This document shows, piece by piece, positions 62,769 to 64,000 of a stretch of DNA of 64,000 nucleotides. Origin of the DNA: Calditrichia bacterium (GTDB lineage: Bacteria > Calditrichota > Calditrichia > JAJRVZ01). Position 1 is the first letter of the stretch; every line of letters starts with the position of its first letter. The stretch is from assembly GCA_963777955.1 (NCBI GenBank), contig CAVZSQ010000022.1, forward strand, positions 959,021 to 1,023,020, in the 5' to 3' direction. The notes beneath the pieces are model-generated. The model was not told the origin of the DNA. It did not search any database and saw only the letters and a program-made list of their open reading frames with translations. A program made the translations under genes and the position numbers.

Positions 62769-63935
62769 ATGAAGAAATTTTTACTGCTTGGAATATTGTG
62801 CCTGGCCACTTCTTTGTCTGCCCAGAAATTTACAGGCCTGGCTATGACACCGCCCATAGGCTGGAATAGTTGGAATACGTTCCAGGTGAATATCAATGAA
62901 CAATTGATCAAAGAAACAGCCGAAGCCATGATCAGCAGCGGGATGCTGGATGCTGGTTATAACTATATAGTACTAGATGACGGCTGGGAAGTGAAAGATA
63001 GAGATAGCAATGGCAACCTGGTGCCGGATCCGCAGCGATTTCCCAATGGTCTGAAAGTGCTGGGTGATTATCTGCATTCCCAAGGATTTAAGTTCGGTAT
63101 CCACAACTGTGCCGGAACTAAAACCTGCTCCGGTTATCCGGGTGGCCGGGGTCACGAATTTCAGGACGCCCGTAATTATGCCGCCTGGGGTGTTGATTAT
63201 CTGAAATATGACTGGTGCGCCCACGGCACCGCCAATGCCGAAGAGACATATAAAACAATGCGTGATGCCCTTTACACAGCCGGACGGCCGGTCGTGTTCA
63301 GTTTGTGTGAGTGGGGCAATAATAAACCCTGGATCTGGGGAGCCGATGTCGGTCACCTGTGGCGCACCACCGGTGATGTTACCGATTGCTATGATTGCCA
63401 GGATGTATACTCCCTGGGCTGGAAACATATATTGGATTCCCAGGTGGATCTGGAAAAATATGCCGGCCCCGATCACTGGAATGATCCGGATATGCTGGAA
63501 GTGGGCAATGCCGGACTCTCGCTGGCGGAATCCCGATCTCACTTCAGTTTATGGTGTATCCTGGCGGCCCCGTTGATGGCCGGCAATGACGTTCGCAAAA
63601 TGCCGCAGGAGATCCGGGAAATCCTGACCAATAAAGAGGTGATTGCCATCGACCAGGATCCGTTGGGTAAACAGGGGTACCGCTTTATGCAGCACCCGGG
63701 CAAGGAAATCTGGGCTAAGGAACTATCCGACGGTGCCTGGGCAGTTTGCTTCTTTAACAGCGGCGACCAACCTCTGACCATCCGTGTTAACTGGGCCCAT
63801 CTGTCCTTTTTAAACGGTATCTATAAAATCAGGGATCTGTGGCAAAAGAAAGATCTGGGCCTGACCGATAAAAATTTTAATCCGCGGATTGATGCTCATG
63901 ACATTGTTATGGTGAAATTAAGCCCGGCAAAATAG
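62769..63935 (+). CDS. GH27 alpha-galactosidase, secreted
   Basis: TPPIGWNSW, LDDGW, YLKYDWC, WRTTGD, WNDPDMLEVG. Confidence 0.93.
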   Translation: MKKFLLLGILCLATSLSAQKFTGLAMTPPIGWNSWNTFQVNINEQLIKETAEAMISSGMLDAGYNYIVLDDGWEVKDRDSNGNLVPDPQRFPNGLKVLGDYLHSQGFKFGIHNCAGTKTCSGYPGGRGHEFQDARNYAAWGVDYLKYDWCAHGTANAEETYKTMRDALYTAGRPVVFSLCEWGNNKPWIWGADVGHLWRTTGDVTDCYDCQDVYSLGWKHILDSQVDLEKYAGPDHWNDPDMLEVGNAGLSLAESRSHFSLWCILAAPLMAGNDVRKMPQEIREILTNKEVIAIDQDPLGKQGYRFMQHPGKEIWAKELSDGAWAVCFFNSGDQPLTIRVNWAHLSFLNGIYKIRDLWQKKDLGLTDKNFNPRIDAHDIVMVKLSPAK

Positions 63936-64000
63936 TGCCTGACGTAGTAATTCTCACCTACCACAAAATCTACCGGCCGTATTGTTTATATCAATATTGA

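Overview
A 64 kb bacterial chromosomal segment. GWxTD, LptE-adjacent sigma54-type activator, DUF2141 and 'NYPNPFNP' C-terminal sorting-type domains suggest an FCB-related lineage such as Calditrichota, KSB1 or Ignavibacteria (inference). The core is housekeeping: pgi, gdh, bioY, ahcY, EF-G paralog, hutI, lptE, coaE, nfo, dnaA with DnaA boxes, ridA, purF, ftsY, rimO, rpmB and folD. Accessory tracts lie at about 0-5 kb (degenerate attC-like sites, cassette-like ORFs, a YccF/Ycf48-like fusion) and about 52-63 kb (giant repeat-built secreted protein, a Y1/RAYT transposase with 82-bp imperfect inverted ends and a third end copy). About a dozen genes are split by single-base indels, most likely long-read assembly errors; these hide a ferredoxin, a CsgG-like gene and the N-terminus of a PEP-synthase-like protein. 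Best candidates for undescribed biology: (1) a GAF-like + PEP-synthase ATP-grasp + nucleotidyltransferase protein whose start overlaps the gdh stop codon, a possible covalent-modification regulator of GDH; (2) a UbiA/DGGGP-synthase-like + ferredoxin + archaeal-type geranylgeranyl reductase module; (3) the RAYT element with long inverted ends and possible cargo; (4) an integrase-less attC cassette remnant. No rRNA, tRNA or CRISPR array was seen.
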